DNA from: an uncultured Candidatus Saccharibacteria bacterium
GTDB lineage: Bacteria > Patescibacteriota > WWE3 > UBA101185 > 2-01-FULL-41-18
Direction of reading: 5' to 3'
NCBI GenBank assembly: GCA_964636285.1
Contig: CAZWQF010000001.1
Span: 76,908 to 140,907 of the forward strand
DNA length: 64,000 nucleotides
Shown in pieces: positions 17,589 to 26,775 of this stretch (positions are counted from its first letter, which is position 1; each line of letters starts with the position of its first letter). The position numbers were made by a program, and so were the translations under genes. Below the pieces are notes generated by a model, which saw only the letters and a list, made by a program, of their open reading frames with translations, ran no database searches and was not told the origin of the DNA.

Positions 17589-20500
17589 CTACTTAATTTG
17601 CATGAAAACCTTCACATCTTTATTAAGGTTTCCATTCATTAAATATGTGTTTCCATTTTTATCAAATTTTGGCTCAGTTCTAGTAACACTTTTTCCAAAA
17701 GGCTCGTCAAACATGATTGTGATGGGAATATTCTCTGTGCCCGGCTGTTTTTGCCAGTAAAGATTATAGATCTTTTCGTCTTTTCCAAGCGCCATATTTG
17801 CGGGTAGTGTGTAGTTGAAAATAAGCTCAAACGTTTCTGCTGGGTTTAGCGTAAAGTCGGTTTCAAGAACCTTCTTTCCAAATTCGCTTCCCTCCTTGAA
17901 CGCTTTTGTTTTTGTGATATCTGTTGTTTTTCCTTGCCCGTCTTTTGTGGTGACCGAATGAACAAACGAATCTTTATTAATCATAACTCTTACGTAATCC
18001 TTGTAAGGTCCTCCTGGCCATGCATTGTCTTTTCCGGTATGCACATACTTAAGAGTTAAAGTTCCTTCAAGCGATCCGTCTCTATAGTTATTTTTAAGCT
18101 CGTATTTGTATTCAGGCCTTACAAAGTAATTAGCTTTGTTCGACCCTACATTACTGTCCACAACCATAATAAAGTCTCCTTTGGTTTGATCAATTGCACC
18201 GTCCCAGCCTCTTTCGGAAATCATTTTGGCAATTTTACTGTCCGCCATTGCAAGTAAAATATGCTTTTCTTCAAGATTTTCCATCAGTTTTTGGGCAAGA
18301 GGAGCAACTTTTTCATTCGAAAGGGAAAAGAGTGTTTCCAAAAGTTTGCTTCCAAGAACAGTTAAATAATCTCTCTTTTGCTGTGAACCTGGTGTATAAG
18401 AAGCTTCTGCATGATACTGAGTTTTTTCATATACATTTCCTGAGTTTACCTCTTCATTGTACGCAGTTAGATATATAGGCCCTGTTACATCCAGAATGTC
18501 TTTAATTAACGTCATATCAATGCCAATCACACCGTTAAACTCAGTCCCATTTGCAGTGTTGTACAGTCTTGCAATTGTTTTAGCCGAATCTGGAAAATTT
18601 GGATTCCAGTTCCCATCTCTGATTCTTAGGAAATTTTGTTTTCCAAAAAGTTTAATTGGATCTGGCGCTGATTCTTTAAAGTTTGCCAAATCAAGAAGCC
18701 CATCAATGTTATAGATATCATCAATTGTAATTTCTTTGATTTTTCCTTCTTCCATTGAGAGCACGGCATAAGATCCTATAAACCCACCTGTTGCCCTAAT
18801 CTCATTTTGATTTTGGAATATGATCAAATACTTTCTTGGGTCCTTAACTCCAATAAGATCTGCTATTACTCCAGATGTGTTTTCTCCTACAGTTAAAGCT
18901 TCAATAACCTTTCCTGACATACCTGAAAACTCTTCAAGCTTCTTTTTTTGCGAAGGAAGAAGATAGCTTGTATCAAGTTCTTTGGCTTCTCCAACAGCTC
19001 TCTCAAGATTTTCTTTTGCACTCTTAAAGTTGAGCGACGCTTTTGAAAGATCTTCTTCATTTATCCCTGACTTTGAATTTGGCTTTATGTTACTCCAGAG
19101 ATTTCCATAAGGCTCTATTCCTTGCGATGCCTCCGTGATTGCAGTAGCGGTGTATTCCCCAATTCTTAAAGCTTTTGCGTAAGTTCTAAGTCTTCCCTCT
19201 TGCCTTGTAAGTACAAACATCCAGCCAAGTTTTGAAAATTCCTCTTTTGCTTTTGCAAATTCGGTTTTTGCTTTTGCTGAGCTATCCTTTGCTACTTGAA
19301 GGTTTAGTTTTTCCATTTGGGTTTTTGACGCGTTTAGGTTGTTAAACCCCGAATTCGCAAAGTAGGCTACTTGCACTGCAGGAACAACAGCCATAAAAAT
19401 TATTGCAGTAAAAACCGCAAAGCCTACAGCCCAAGGAATATACCTACCAAAGCCAGGCTTTCCTGTCTGAGATTTTGGTTTTGGCTCAGCCTTCTGCGTC
19501 TTTACTTGAGGGGTAGCAACATTTTGTTTTGCTGGTTTAACGGGCATGGGTACCACAGTCTGAGCAGGGACAATCAAGGGTGCAGTTGGAGTTGGTATTG
19601 TTGGGGCCGTTTGGACTTTTACTCCAGTGAATGTTGAGCCGTCCTTTGTGGTTTTTGGAGGAAGTAACATTGAGATCCAGTCGGAAAAAGACTTGGACTC
19701 TTTTTTGACTGGAGCAGGCTTTGGCGGAGTTAGCGAGACTGCCTGACCTGAAGTTTTGGCCTGCTCCTTGGTGTCTTTTAGACTTGTAATAGAATCTTCA
19801 ATTAATGGACTTTTTTCTATTTTTTCTAAAAACTTTGAGGGTTTAAAGGCTTTGTCATTGAATTCGTATGAATACCACTTTAAAGTTTTTGTGATGCCGT
19901 TTTTTAGGTCTGTTTTTGGTATCCATTTGAGATTTCTAGCTGTGTCACTGGTTGAGGCTCTTATCTCTCTAATTTTATCTGAAACTGCGTTTCTAAACTG
20001 AACTTGTGTTGAAGTGTTTGATAGGCCTTTTACAAGATAGGTAAGCTCTAAAGTGGTAATTGGTTCGTCGCTTGAGAATGTAAATATTTTTCCATCTGTG
20101 TCATCACTAAACACAGTTTTTACAAGTCCAGAAACTACGTCTGCAACAAAAAGATAGTAGTTTTTCTCAAGGCCGTCGCCAAATACTGTTAAGTCCTGAT
20201 GATCAAGGAGAAGCTTTGTGAGTCTTCCAAGCTCTCCTCCAGAAGTAAAGTCCATTCTTGGGCCAAATACTTCGCAGAGTCTGGCAATTCTTGCGTTGAT
20301 TTTATGCTTTTTGTGAAACTCCCAAACAAGTGCCTCCGCAAATCTTTTTGCCTCAATTTGAGAAAACTTATTTTCTTCCTGCTGAGTTCGGCCAAAGTAG
20401 TGCTCAAGGTCAACAGACGAAATAGCCCCTTCGTAAACATCAACAGAAGAGACAAGCAAAAACTTTGCATAAGACCTTTTTGCAAGTTCTAGAAGGTTTT

Positions 20501-20897
20501 TTGTACCTATGGCATTTGTTAAAAGCGAATCAAGGGTAATTTTTTGATCTCCATAAATATAAGATTCAAGACCTGCTAGGTGAAAAACATAGTCAACAGC
20601 TTCAACAATAGGCGGTATGCCGTTATTAATGTCCCATTCGATCAAAGAAAATTTGGGATTGTCCATCAGCGAGCTAAGATGGGCTTTTTTGCCTGTAGAG
20701 AAATTATCAAGTACAACAACACGAGCTCCGTTTACAAGCAGAGCTTCAACAAGATGAGAGCCTATAAAACCAGCTCCTCCTGCTACAAGTACAGTAGGTG
20801 CAAGGGCAGATTTTCTAATTGGTGTTGTATTTTCGGTCATGGGCAGTTTTCTCGCTTTATACATTATATTTACACGGGGTTTTGTTGACAAGAACAA
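17589..20897 (-). CDS. Large fusion protein: N-terminal NAD-dependent sugar epimerase/dehydratase (Rossmann domain), Pro/Thr-rich linker, TM helix, and a C-terminal extracytoplasmic domain of about 600 aa with unknown function
   Basis: 'VLVAGGAGFIGSHLVEALLVNGARVVVLDNFSTGKK' (GxxGxxG SDR/epimerase). Linker '...TPPKPAPVKKE...PTIPTPTAPLIVPAQTVVPMPVKPAKQ'. Hydrophobic 'IPWAVGFAVFTAIIFMAVVPAV'. Large C-terminal domain follows. Confidence 0.7.
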   Translation of the reverse strand: MFLSTKPRVNIMYKARKLPMTENTTPIRKSALAPTVLVAGGAGFIGSHLVEALLVNGARVVVLDNFSTGKKAHLSSLMDNPKFSLIEWDINNGIPPIVEAVDYVFHLAGLESYIYGDQKITLDSLLTNAIGTKNLLELAKRSYAKFLLVSSVDVYEGAISSVDLEHYFGRTQQEENKFSQIEAKRFAEALVWEFHKKHKINARIARLCEVFGPRMDFTSGGELGRLTKLLLDHQDLTVFGDGLEKNYYLFVADVVSGLVKTVFSDDTDGKIFTFSSDEPITTLELTYLVKGLSNTSTQVQFRNAVSDKIREIRASTSDTARNLKWIPKTDLKNGITKTLKWYSYEFNDKAFKPSKFLEKIEKSPLIEDSITSLKDTKEQAKTSGQAVSLTPPKPAPVKKESKSFSDWISMLLPPKTTKDGSTFTGVKVQTAPTIPTPTAPLIVPAQTVVPMPVKPAKQNVATPQVKTQKAEPKPKSQTGKPGFGRYIPWAVGFAVFTAIIFMAVVPAVQVAYFANSGFNNLNASKTQMEKLNLQVAKDSSAKAKTEFAKAKEEFSKLGWMFVLTRQEGRLRTYAKALRIGEYTATAITEASQGIEPYGNLWSNIKPNSKSGINEEDLSKASLNFKSAKENLERAVGEAKELDTSYLLPSQKKKLEEFSGMSGKVIEALTVGENTSGVIADLIGVKDPRKYLIIFQNQNEIRATGGFIGSYAVLSMEEGKIKEITIDDIYNIDGLLDLANFKESAPDPIKLFGKQNFLRIRDGNWNPNFPDSAKTIARLYNTANGTEFNGVIGIDMTLIKDILDVTGPIYLTAYNEEVNSGNVYEKTQYHAEASYTPGSQQKRDYLTVLGSKLLETLFSLSNEKVAPLAQKLMENLEEKHILLAMADSKIAKMISERGWDGAIDQTKGDFIMVVDSNVGSNKANYFVRPEYKYELKNNYRDGSLEGTLTLKYVHTGKDNAWPGGPYKDYVRVMINKDSFVHSVTTKDGQGKTTDITKTKAFKEGSEFGKKVLETDFTLNPAETFELIFNYTLPANMALGKDEKIYNLYWQKQPGTENIPITIMFDEPFGKSVTRTEPKFDKNGNTYLMNGNLNKDVKVFMQIK

Positions 20898-21528
20898 GCT
20901 GTTTGACGATAATCAGCCTGTGGAGTTAAAACAGCTTATAGCCATTATAAAAAGTAGACAAAAGTCACTGTTCATCACTAGTTTGGTGGTTTCACTTGTT
21001 TTGTACTTTGTTACATCTCAGCTCCCACCTTCGTACAAAGCATCCGCTACTATTTTTGTAAGAAGAGACGCTGAAGCAGGTTCCTCATCATTTTTTAGCT
21101 ATGATGGCTACTATTCAATTCAAACAGCAGAAAAATACACCGATACTGTTTTCGGATTATTAAAGAGCATTGACATAAGAAAACTGGCTTTGGAGAGGGT
21201 AGATATTCCGCAAACTACAAAAGAACTTGGAAGGCTTGAAAAATCGGTTCTGGTAAAGAGGGTTGGACCTCAGGCTGTTTCGCTTACTGTTTCGTCAAAA
21301 AATAGGCAATATGCCGGATCTGTCTTTAAATCAATGGTGGAATCTCTAATTACAAGAAGCCAAGAGATAAACAAGCTAGGGGATAAAAGGCTTTCCATTA
21401 CTTTAGTTGAGGAAGAGCCCATTATTACAGAGACAACCGTACCCCCGTTTTTGGTAGCAATTTCTGGTTTTATTTTGTGCTTTTCGGGAATGACTTTTGG
21501 TTTTGTTGTAAGAAAATACTTACTATGA
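20839..21528 (+). CDS. Wzz / polysaccharide chain-length-determinant-like protein (two TM helices flanking a periplasmic domain)
   Basis: N-terminal TM after 'LKQLIAIIKSRQK'. C-terminal TM 'PPFLVAISGFILCFSGMTFGFVV'. Overall Wzz/CpsC-like topology. Confidence 0.5.
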   Translation: MGSFLALYIIFTRGFVDKNKLFDDNQPVELKQLIAIIKSRQKSLFITSLVVSLVLYFVTSQLPPSYKASATIFVRRDAEAGSSSFFSYDGYYSIQTAEKYTDTVFGLLKSIDIRKLALERVDIPQTTKELGRLEKSVLVKRVGPQAVSLTVSSKNRQYAGSVFKSMVESLITRSQEINKLGDKRLSITLVEEEPIITETTVPPFLVAISGFILCFSGMTFGFVVRKYLL

Positions 21529-21947
21529 TTTTTTTGAATACCGATGGGGGAGCTAGGGGAAATCCTGGACCATCAGCAGTAGCATTTGTTTTATCTGATA
21601 CTGAGGGAAAAATTTTGAATTCAGGTGGCGAATATCTTGGTGCAGCAACAAATAATTTTGCCGAATATAAAGCCTTGATTTTAGGACTTACCGAAGCATT
21701 AAGAAATGGCTATAAAACTCTGACATGTAGACTTGATAGCGAGCTTGTAGTTAAGCAGTTAAGTGGCGAATACTCCGTAAAAGATGTGCACCTAAAAGAT
21801 TTGTATAATCACATCCAGCTCCTGAAAAAAGACTTTGATTTTGTGAGCTTTAATCATGTTCCAAGAAAAGAAAATAAAGAGGCAGATAGTCTAGTGAACC
21901 AAGTCCTAGATTCCCAATTATCTGCCCGGGAGACTAAAACCCACTGA
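21525..21947 (+). CDS. Ribonuclease H-like protein (RNase HI fold). Start taken at internal Met (MIFLNTDGG); the tool start is 21477.
   Basis: 'IFLNTDGGARGNPGPSAVAFVL' is the RNase HI N-terminal DG(G/S) motif. '...EADSLVN' matches the C-terminal catalytic Asp region. Confidence 0.65.
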   Translation: MIFLNTDGGARGNPGPSAVAFVLSDTEGKILNSGGEYLGAATNNFAEYKALILGLTEALRNGYKTLTCRLDSELVVKQLSGEYSVKDVHLKDLYNHIQLLKKDFDFVSFNHVPRKENKEADSLVNQVLDSQLSARETKTH

Positions 21948-21984
21948 AATCAACAAAATCTGTTGGTTCTCAGTTGCCCTAAAG

Positions 21985-22491
21985 ATGGAAGAAAGTAAAA
22001 AACTGAAAATCCTAACAAGCACATTTAAAAGCCCTACTTTGGGAACACTCAAACTTGAGCATGTTCTTACAAACATTTCCGAATACATTAAAGCCGCTCC
22101 AAATTATAAATATAAGCTAATTATTGGCACGGACTCAGAAGCAAAGTATGGAAAAGACGTGGATTTTATTACTGCAATAGTTCTTCACAGAGTTGGGGCC
22201 GGAGGAATTTATTTTTGGAGGCGCTCCCTCTGCTCCACTTTTTACACATTAAAAGAAAGGATTTATCAGGAAGCCGTTATCTCAATTGAGTTTGCTCAAG
22301 ATTTTTTTGAGGTAATTCAGGATGAAGAAATCTTAGTATGTGATTTTGAAATCCATCTTGATATGGGAAAAGTTGGGGAGACTAGAGAGATTATTAATGA
22401 GGTTGCATCAATGATTAGAAGTAGTGGTTTTGAGGTTAAAACAAAGCCAGACTCTTTTGGCGCCTCAAAAATTGCCGACCGTTACACATAA
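21985..22491 (+). CDS. YkuK-like (DUF458) RNase-H-fold protein
   Basis: The 'KLIIGTDSEAKYGKDVDFITAIVLHRVGAGGIYF' pattern resembles the DUF458/YkuK family. Confidence 0.4.
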   Translation: MEESKKLKILTSTFKSPTLGTLKLEHVLTNISEYIKAAPNYKYKLIIGTDSEAKYGKDVDFITAIVLHRVGAGGIYFWRRSLCSTFYTLKERIYQEAVISIEFAQDFFEVIQDEEILVCDFEIHLDMGKVGETREIINEVASMIRSSGFEVKTKPDSFGASKIADRYT

Positions 22492-22548
22492 TCACAAAAC
22501 TACAGGTTTAATAAGACTACCCACCATTGTATAATCTTTTTTGCTGAT

Positions 22549-23526
22549 ATGACCTCAAACCGCATGGCAAAAGAAAAATTGCCGTACATACCACCAATGC
22601 CGGAAAAGCCAAAACCTCCGCAGCCTTTGCAAGGTCTTTCTGCCCTTCAGAGAGCCATTTTAAAGACATTTGCCTATAGAAATGTTTTTTCCTATCCAAT
22701 CACTTTTTACCAAGCTTTTTGCTTTTTAAACTTTGAGGCGCTGCCTGAACAGGACAAGCCAAAAACTTTTGAAGATTTTAAAGACGCTTTTGTTTCGCTC
22801 GTAAAAAATAAAAAAATTCTTTTTAGGGATAACTTTTTTTACACAGATAAGATAGACGTTCTTTTGAGACTCGAAAGGGAAAAGCGATCACTAGATCTAA
22901 CAGCATCCGCTCAGAAGGTAGCAAATTTTCTTGGGTTGTTCCCATTTATTCAGTTAATTTGTTTGACGGGTGCCGTTGCTGCAGGGAACTCTCCTAAAGA
23001 GGATGACATAGACATACTGATTGTTGCCAAAAAAGAAAGGCTTTGGCTCACAAGGTTTGTTGTTGTTCTGGCCTTGAAGTTGGCAAGAATTTATAGAACA
23101 GACCGCCACGAAGCAGGAAAAATTTGCCCTAACATTTTTATTGAGGACTCCTCTCTTGAGTGGGTAGGGAATAGGAATATTTATACAGCGCATGAAATTG
23201 CCATGATGAAGCCTCTTTTTGACAGAGGCCATTTTTATTTGCAGTTTCTTTCACAAAACGCATGGGTTACAAACTACCTTGGAAACTTGGTCTTTGAAGC
23301 TGTCCAAACACCAATCCAAAAAGCAAACCACGGCTTTTTTAATAGGGCACTCGACCACCTGGAAATACTTTTGATGAAAGTGCAGCTGTGGTACATGCAA
23401 AACAAAAAAACTGTTGAAGTGACTACTGATAAGCTCATCCATTTTAATCGAGATGACAACACTATGAGAATTTTAGAGAGATATAAATTCGAATGCCAAA
23501 AGCTTGGAATCCCACTTACTACTTAA
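22549..23526 (+). CDS. Nucleotidyltransferase-fold protein (Pol-beta superfamily) with an N-terminal extension of about 140 aa
   Basis: 'LTGAVAAGNSPKEDDIDILIV' (GS...DhDh) and a downstream 'NIFIEDSS' third acidic motif. Confidence 0.55.
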   Translation: MTSNRMAKEKLPYIPPMPEKPKPPQPLQGLSALQRAILKTFAYRNVFSYPITFYQAFCFLNFEALPEQDKPKTFEDFKDAFVSLVKNKKILFRDNFFYTDKIDVLLRLEREKRSLDLTASAQKVANFLGLFPFIQLICLTGAVAAGNSPKEDDIDILIVAKKERLWLTRFVVVLALKLARIYRTDRHEAGKICPNIFIEDSSLEWVGNRNIYTAHEIAMMKPLFDRGHFYLQFLSQNAWVTNYLGNLVFEAVQTPIQKANHGFFNRALDHLEILLMKVQLWYMQNKKTVEVTTDKLIHFNRDDNTMRILERYKFECQKLGIPLTT

Positions 23527-24484
23527 TAATATTTTTGATAATAAGGTTTCTTAAATCGTCAGCTTTTTGCAATTTTCCGTGAGAAACTACACCAACAAGT
23601 TCCCCACTTTGAGTTATGATGGGCGAGCCTGATGTCAGATTTTTTGCTGTTGACTCAAGCTCTGTTCGCTTAACTGCTGAAATTGTGTGTTCAGAGGTCA
23701 CTATTTCTCTGGGCTTCCAGTTCATGTCGCCATTTTCTTTAAGCTCAAAGTTGCTATTGTTATTTGGGTTTGAAATATAAAACGAATAAATCTGTTTTCC
23801 GGTTCTCAAAATTTCTTGCAATGTTGGTAATCCACTATCAATAAAGTCTTGGTTTTTATTGTCAATTTTAATTAGAGCTACACTGCTTTGAAGGTCTATG
23901 ATTTTTGCTTCTTTTTCTTCAGCACCATATTCAACAAGAATATTTGACGAGTCTATTTTAAAGTTTACTGTTCCTGAGTCCATCCCCTCTAAAATTTGTT
24001 CCATACTTATAGATGATTCCTTTGGGTTTAGAAAGAGGCCATTATTTTCTGCGTTAATTAAAAGCTCTTTTGGTAAGCTAATAAGCGTGTCCGTGCTTGT
24101 AGCAATTAATCCATTTTGATCAACAAAAAAGCCAAGCCCTAGAGTTTGAGAACAGAAAGGAATATAACTTTTATCTATACCTATTCCTAGTTTTGATGCT
24201 AATGAGGGTAGTAGCGTAACGCTTGCACAATATTTTTTTGAAACCGAAACAAGTGACTTTCTTGCGTTAAAGATTACCGCCTCTTCCTTGGTCAGAGGTT
24301 TTCTGTCCGAGGCACCTTTAACGCTTTGAATTGCCGAAGATGTATCGTAGAAATATCTTGCTTCCTGGTCTTTTGAGTAGATGGCAATGTAAATTGCAAC
24401 ACAAATAAAAACTACAGAAAAAGCAAAGTTTATTATAAGAAGGTATTTGGAGAGGCGACTTTGCCTCTTTCTTATTTCGTCCAC
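23519..24484 (-). CDS. Membrane-anchored trypsin-like (S1 / HtrA-like) serine protease
   Basis: N-terminal TM. 'TSGSPIITQSGELVGVVSHG' is the GxSGxP catalytic Ser motif variant. 'IATSTD' region. Confidence 0.55.
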   Translation of the reverse strand: MDEIRKRQSRLSKYLLIINFAFSVVFICVAIYIAIYSKDQEARYFYDTSSAIQSVKGASDRKPLTKEEAVIFNARKSLVSVSKKYCASVTLLPSLASKLGIGIDKSYIPFCSQTLGLGFFVDQNGLIATSTDTLISLPKELLINAENNGLFLNPKESSISMEQILEGMDSGTVNFKIDSSNILVEYGAEEKEAKIIDLQSSVALIKIDNKNQDFIDSGLPTLQEILRTGKQIYSFYISNPNNNSNFELKENGDMNWKPREIVTSEHTISAVKRTELESTAKNLTSGSPIITQSGELVGVVSHGKLQKADDLRNLIIKNIIK

Positions 24485-24506
24485 ATAAATATTATAACAG
24501 TAGCTT

Positions 24507-24535
24507 TCTACAAAAAGGCCGGGGTTTTATTCCCG
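24507..24535 (-). terminator. Hairpin AAGGCCGGG-loop-CCCGGCCTT followed by Ts on the minus strand. Terminator of the groES-groEL operon.
   Basis: Inverted repeat read directly, 3' of groEL on the minus strand. Confidence 0.5.
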
Positions 24536-24584
24536 GCCTTAATTTTTGCTTTAGTTGTAGGGTTTTAGTGTCCCGGACTGAAAG

Positions 24585-26246
24585 CTACATGCCCATGTCC
24601 ATACCGCCCATTCCTCCCATACCCCCTGGCATTCCGCCCATGGCTGGTTTTTCTTTTTCAGGAACGTCTGTTACAAGCGTCTCAGTTGTAAGAACCATAG
24701 TTGCAACTGACACCGCATTTTGAAGTGCACTTCTTGTAACTTTTGCAGGGTCTGCAATTCCACTCTTGATCATGTCCTCAAACTGAAGCGTGAGAACATT
24801 AAATCCAGTGTTATCGTTTGCCTTTCCGTTTTCCATTCGTGTTTCAATTTCTTTTACTACCCAGCCCGCATCAACTCCTGCGTTTTCAGCAATCATTCTT
24901 AGTGGCTTATCCAGTGCTGTGTAAAGGATGTTTGCTCCTGTTAGTTCATCGCCTTCAAGTTTGAGTTTTTTGATTGCTCTTCTTGCTTTTAGAAGTGCAA
25001 CTCCGCCTCCAGCAACAATTCCTTCCTCAACGGCTGCTTTTGTTGCATTAACTGCGTCCTCAACTCTTAACTTCTTCTCTTTGAGCTCTGTTTCTGTAGC
25101 AGCTCCAACACTAACTACCGCAACTCCGCCTGTAAGCTTTGCAAGTCTTTCTTGAAGCTTTTCTTTATCGTAGCTTGAGTCACTTGAATCCATTTGCTTT
25201 TGAAGCATTGCAACTCTTGAAGTTATATCGGCTTTTTTGCCTTTTCCTCCAACAATTACGGCGTCATCTTTTGTAGCAACAACCCTGTCGGCTTTTCCAA
25301 GGTCTTCTACTTTTACCGAATCGAGTTTTCGCCCAAGATCTTCGGAAATTAATGTTCCACCTGTTAGGACTGCAATATCAGTAAGCATCTCTTTTCTTCT
25401 ATCGCCAAAGCCTGGTGCTTTTATTGCAAGGACATTAAATGTTCCTCTGAGCTTGTTTACAACTAATGTTGCCAAGGCTTCTCCATCAACATCGTCAGCA
25501 ATAATTACAAAGTTTTTGCTGATCTTGATGAGGTTTTCAAGCATAGGAAGCAAATCTTGAATCGAAGAAATTTTTGTATCTGTGATTAAAATGTGTGGCG
25601 TTTCAATCACCGCCTCCATTTTTTCTGGATTTGTCACAAAGTACGGAGATGCGTAACCTTTATCAAGTTGCATACCTTCTTTGTACGAAACTTCCATCTT
25701 AAGACCCTTTGATTCTTCAACTGTAATCACGCCGTTATTTCCAACTTTTTCCATTGCATCTGCAATTAAGTTTCCAATCTCTGCGCTTGCAGCTGAAATT
25801 GTTGCAACCTGAGCTTTTTCTTCTGTTGTTGTGATCTTTTTGCTCATGGATTTAACTTCTGCAACAACTGCTTCAGCAGCCTTCTCAAGGCCGTTTCTGA
25901 TTGTCATTGGGTTTGCACCAGACGAAACATTTTTAAGTCCTTCGTCAATAATTGCTTGTGCAAGTAGGGTAGAGGTGGTTGTACCGTCCCCTGCAACATC
26001 ATTTGTTTTGGAAGATGCTTCTTTCACAAGCTGTGCACCCATATTTTCAAATGGATCTTCAAGTTCTATGTCTTTTGCAACAGTTACTCCGTCGTGAATA
26101 ACACTTGGGGCTCCCCATTTTCTATCAAGTGCAACATTTCTTCCTTTAGGTCCAAGAGTTGTAACAACTGCTTTTGCAAGCTTATCAACTCCTACTTTAA
26201 GTTTTCTTCTTGCTTCATCTCCGTATAATATTTGTTTTGCTGCCAT
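24585..26246 (-). CDS. groL: Chaperonin GroEL (60 kDa)
   Basis: '[38 protein letters not shown]', '[12 protein letters not shown]', and a C-terminal '[13 protein letters not shown]' repeat. Confidence 0.97.
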   Translation of the reverse strand: MAAKQILYGDEARRKLKVGVDKLAKAVVTTLGPKGRNVALDRKWGAPSVIHDGVTVAKDIELEDPFENMGAQLVKEASSKTNDVAGDGTTTSTLLAQAIIDEGLKNVSSGANPMTIRNGLEKAAEAVVAEVKSMSKKITTTEEKAQVATISAASAEIGNLIADAMEKVGNNGVITVEESKGLKMEVSYKEGMQLDKGYASPYFVTNPEKMEAVIETPHILITDTKISSIQDLLPMLENLIKISKNFVIIADDVDGEALATLVVNKLRGTFNVLAIKAPGFGDRRKEMLTDIAVLTGGTLISEDLGRKLDSVKVEDLGKADRVVATKDDAVIVGGKGKKADITSRVAMLQKQMDSSDSSYDKEKLQERLAKLTGGVAVVSVGAATETELKEKKLRVEDAVNATKAAVEEGIVAGGGVALLKARRAIKKLKLEGDELTGANILYTALDKPLRMIAENAGVDAGWVVKEIETRMENGKANDNTGFNVLTLQFEDMIKSGIADPAKVTRSALQNAVSVATMVLTTETLVTDVPEKEKPAMGGMPGGMGGMGGMDMGM

Positions 26247-26261
26247 AATTTACTCCTTTCC

Positions 26262-26552
26262 TTACTCTATAACTGCGAGGATGTCTTCCTCTTTAACCAG
26301 TAAATACTCTTTGTTGTCCACTTTGAGGTCATTTCCGCCCCATTTTTTGTAGTAGACCTGATCTCCAACTTTTACATCTAGTTTGATATTTTTGCCCGAT
26401 TCGTCTTTTTTACCTGGGCCTGTAGCTATTACTTTGCCTTCTTGAGGCTTTTCTTTGGAAGTTTCTGGTAAAACAATACCTGATGCTGTTGTTGCATCTT
26501 TTGCCGTTTTAGGCTCAATAAGAATATAGTCTGAAAGTGGTTTAACTTTCAT
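26262..26552 (-). CDS. groS: Co-chaperonin GroES
   Basis: 96 aa. 'MKVKPLSDYILIEP...ASGIVLPE...GKVIATGPG'. Confidence 0.95.
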   Translation of the reverse strand: MKVKPLSDYILIEPKTAKDATTASGIVLPETSKEKPQEGKVIATGPGKKDESGKNIKLDVKVGDQVYYKKWGGNDLKVDNKEYLLVKEEDILAVIE

Positions 26553-26678
26553 GAAAATACCTCCTTTATTTTAAAATTGATACTTTAGTAAATACGGAAA
26601 AATACCGTAGCTAAAGGAAATACCTGTAGCCTTAAATATATAGCAGACTACCACTTAGAGTGTCAAGTATCTGAATTT

Positions 26679-26753
26679 TGGAGGCCTGAGCCGGAATCGA
26701 ACCGGCGCATAGGAGTTTTGCAGACTCCCGCCTTACCACTTGGCTATCAGGCC
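26679..26753 (-). tRNA. tRNA-Cys (anticodon GCA)
   Basis: Minus-strand reading GGCCTGATAGCCAAGTGGTAAGGCGGGAGTCTGCAAAACTCCTATGCGCCGGTTCGATTCCGGCTCAGGCCTCCA. 7-bp acceptor stem. Anticodon loop CT-GCA-AA. T-arm GGTTCGATTCC. Encoded CCA. Confidence 0.85.
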
Positions 26754-26775
26754 ATGATGGCTTATTATACTACCT

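Noticed and set aside
22549-23526. Calling the 325-aa nucleotidyltransferase a CBASS CD-NTase
   Set aside because: The NTase core sits in the middle of the protein rather than N-terminally, and no effector or Cap genes are adjacent. Only the generic Pol-beta fold can be supported.
24720-26097. Four plus-strand ORFs (24720-24902, 24928-25155, 25237-25560, 25831-26097) with Ser/Thr/Ala-rich low-complexity translations
   Set aside because: They lie antisense inside the unambiguous groEL gene. Their low-complexity composition is what the reverse complement of a Gly/Ala/Val-rich chaperonin produces. Not genes.
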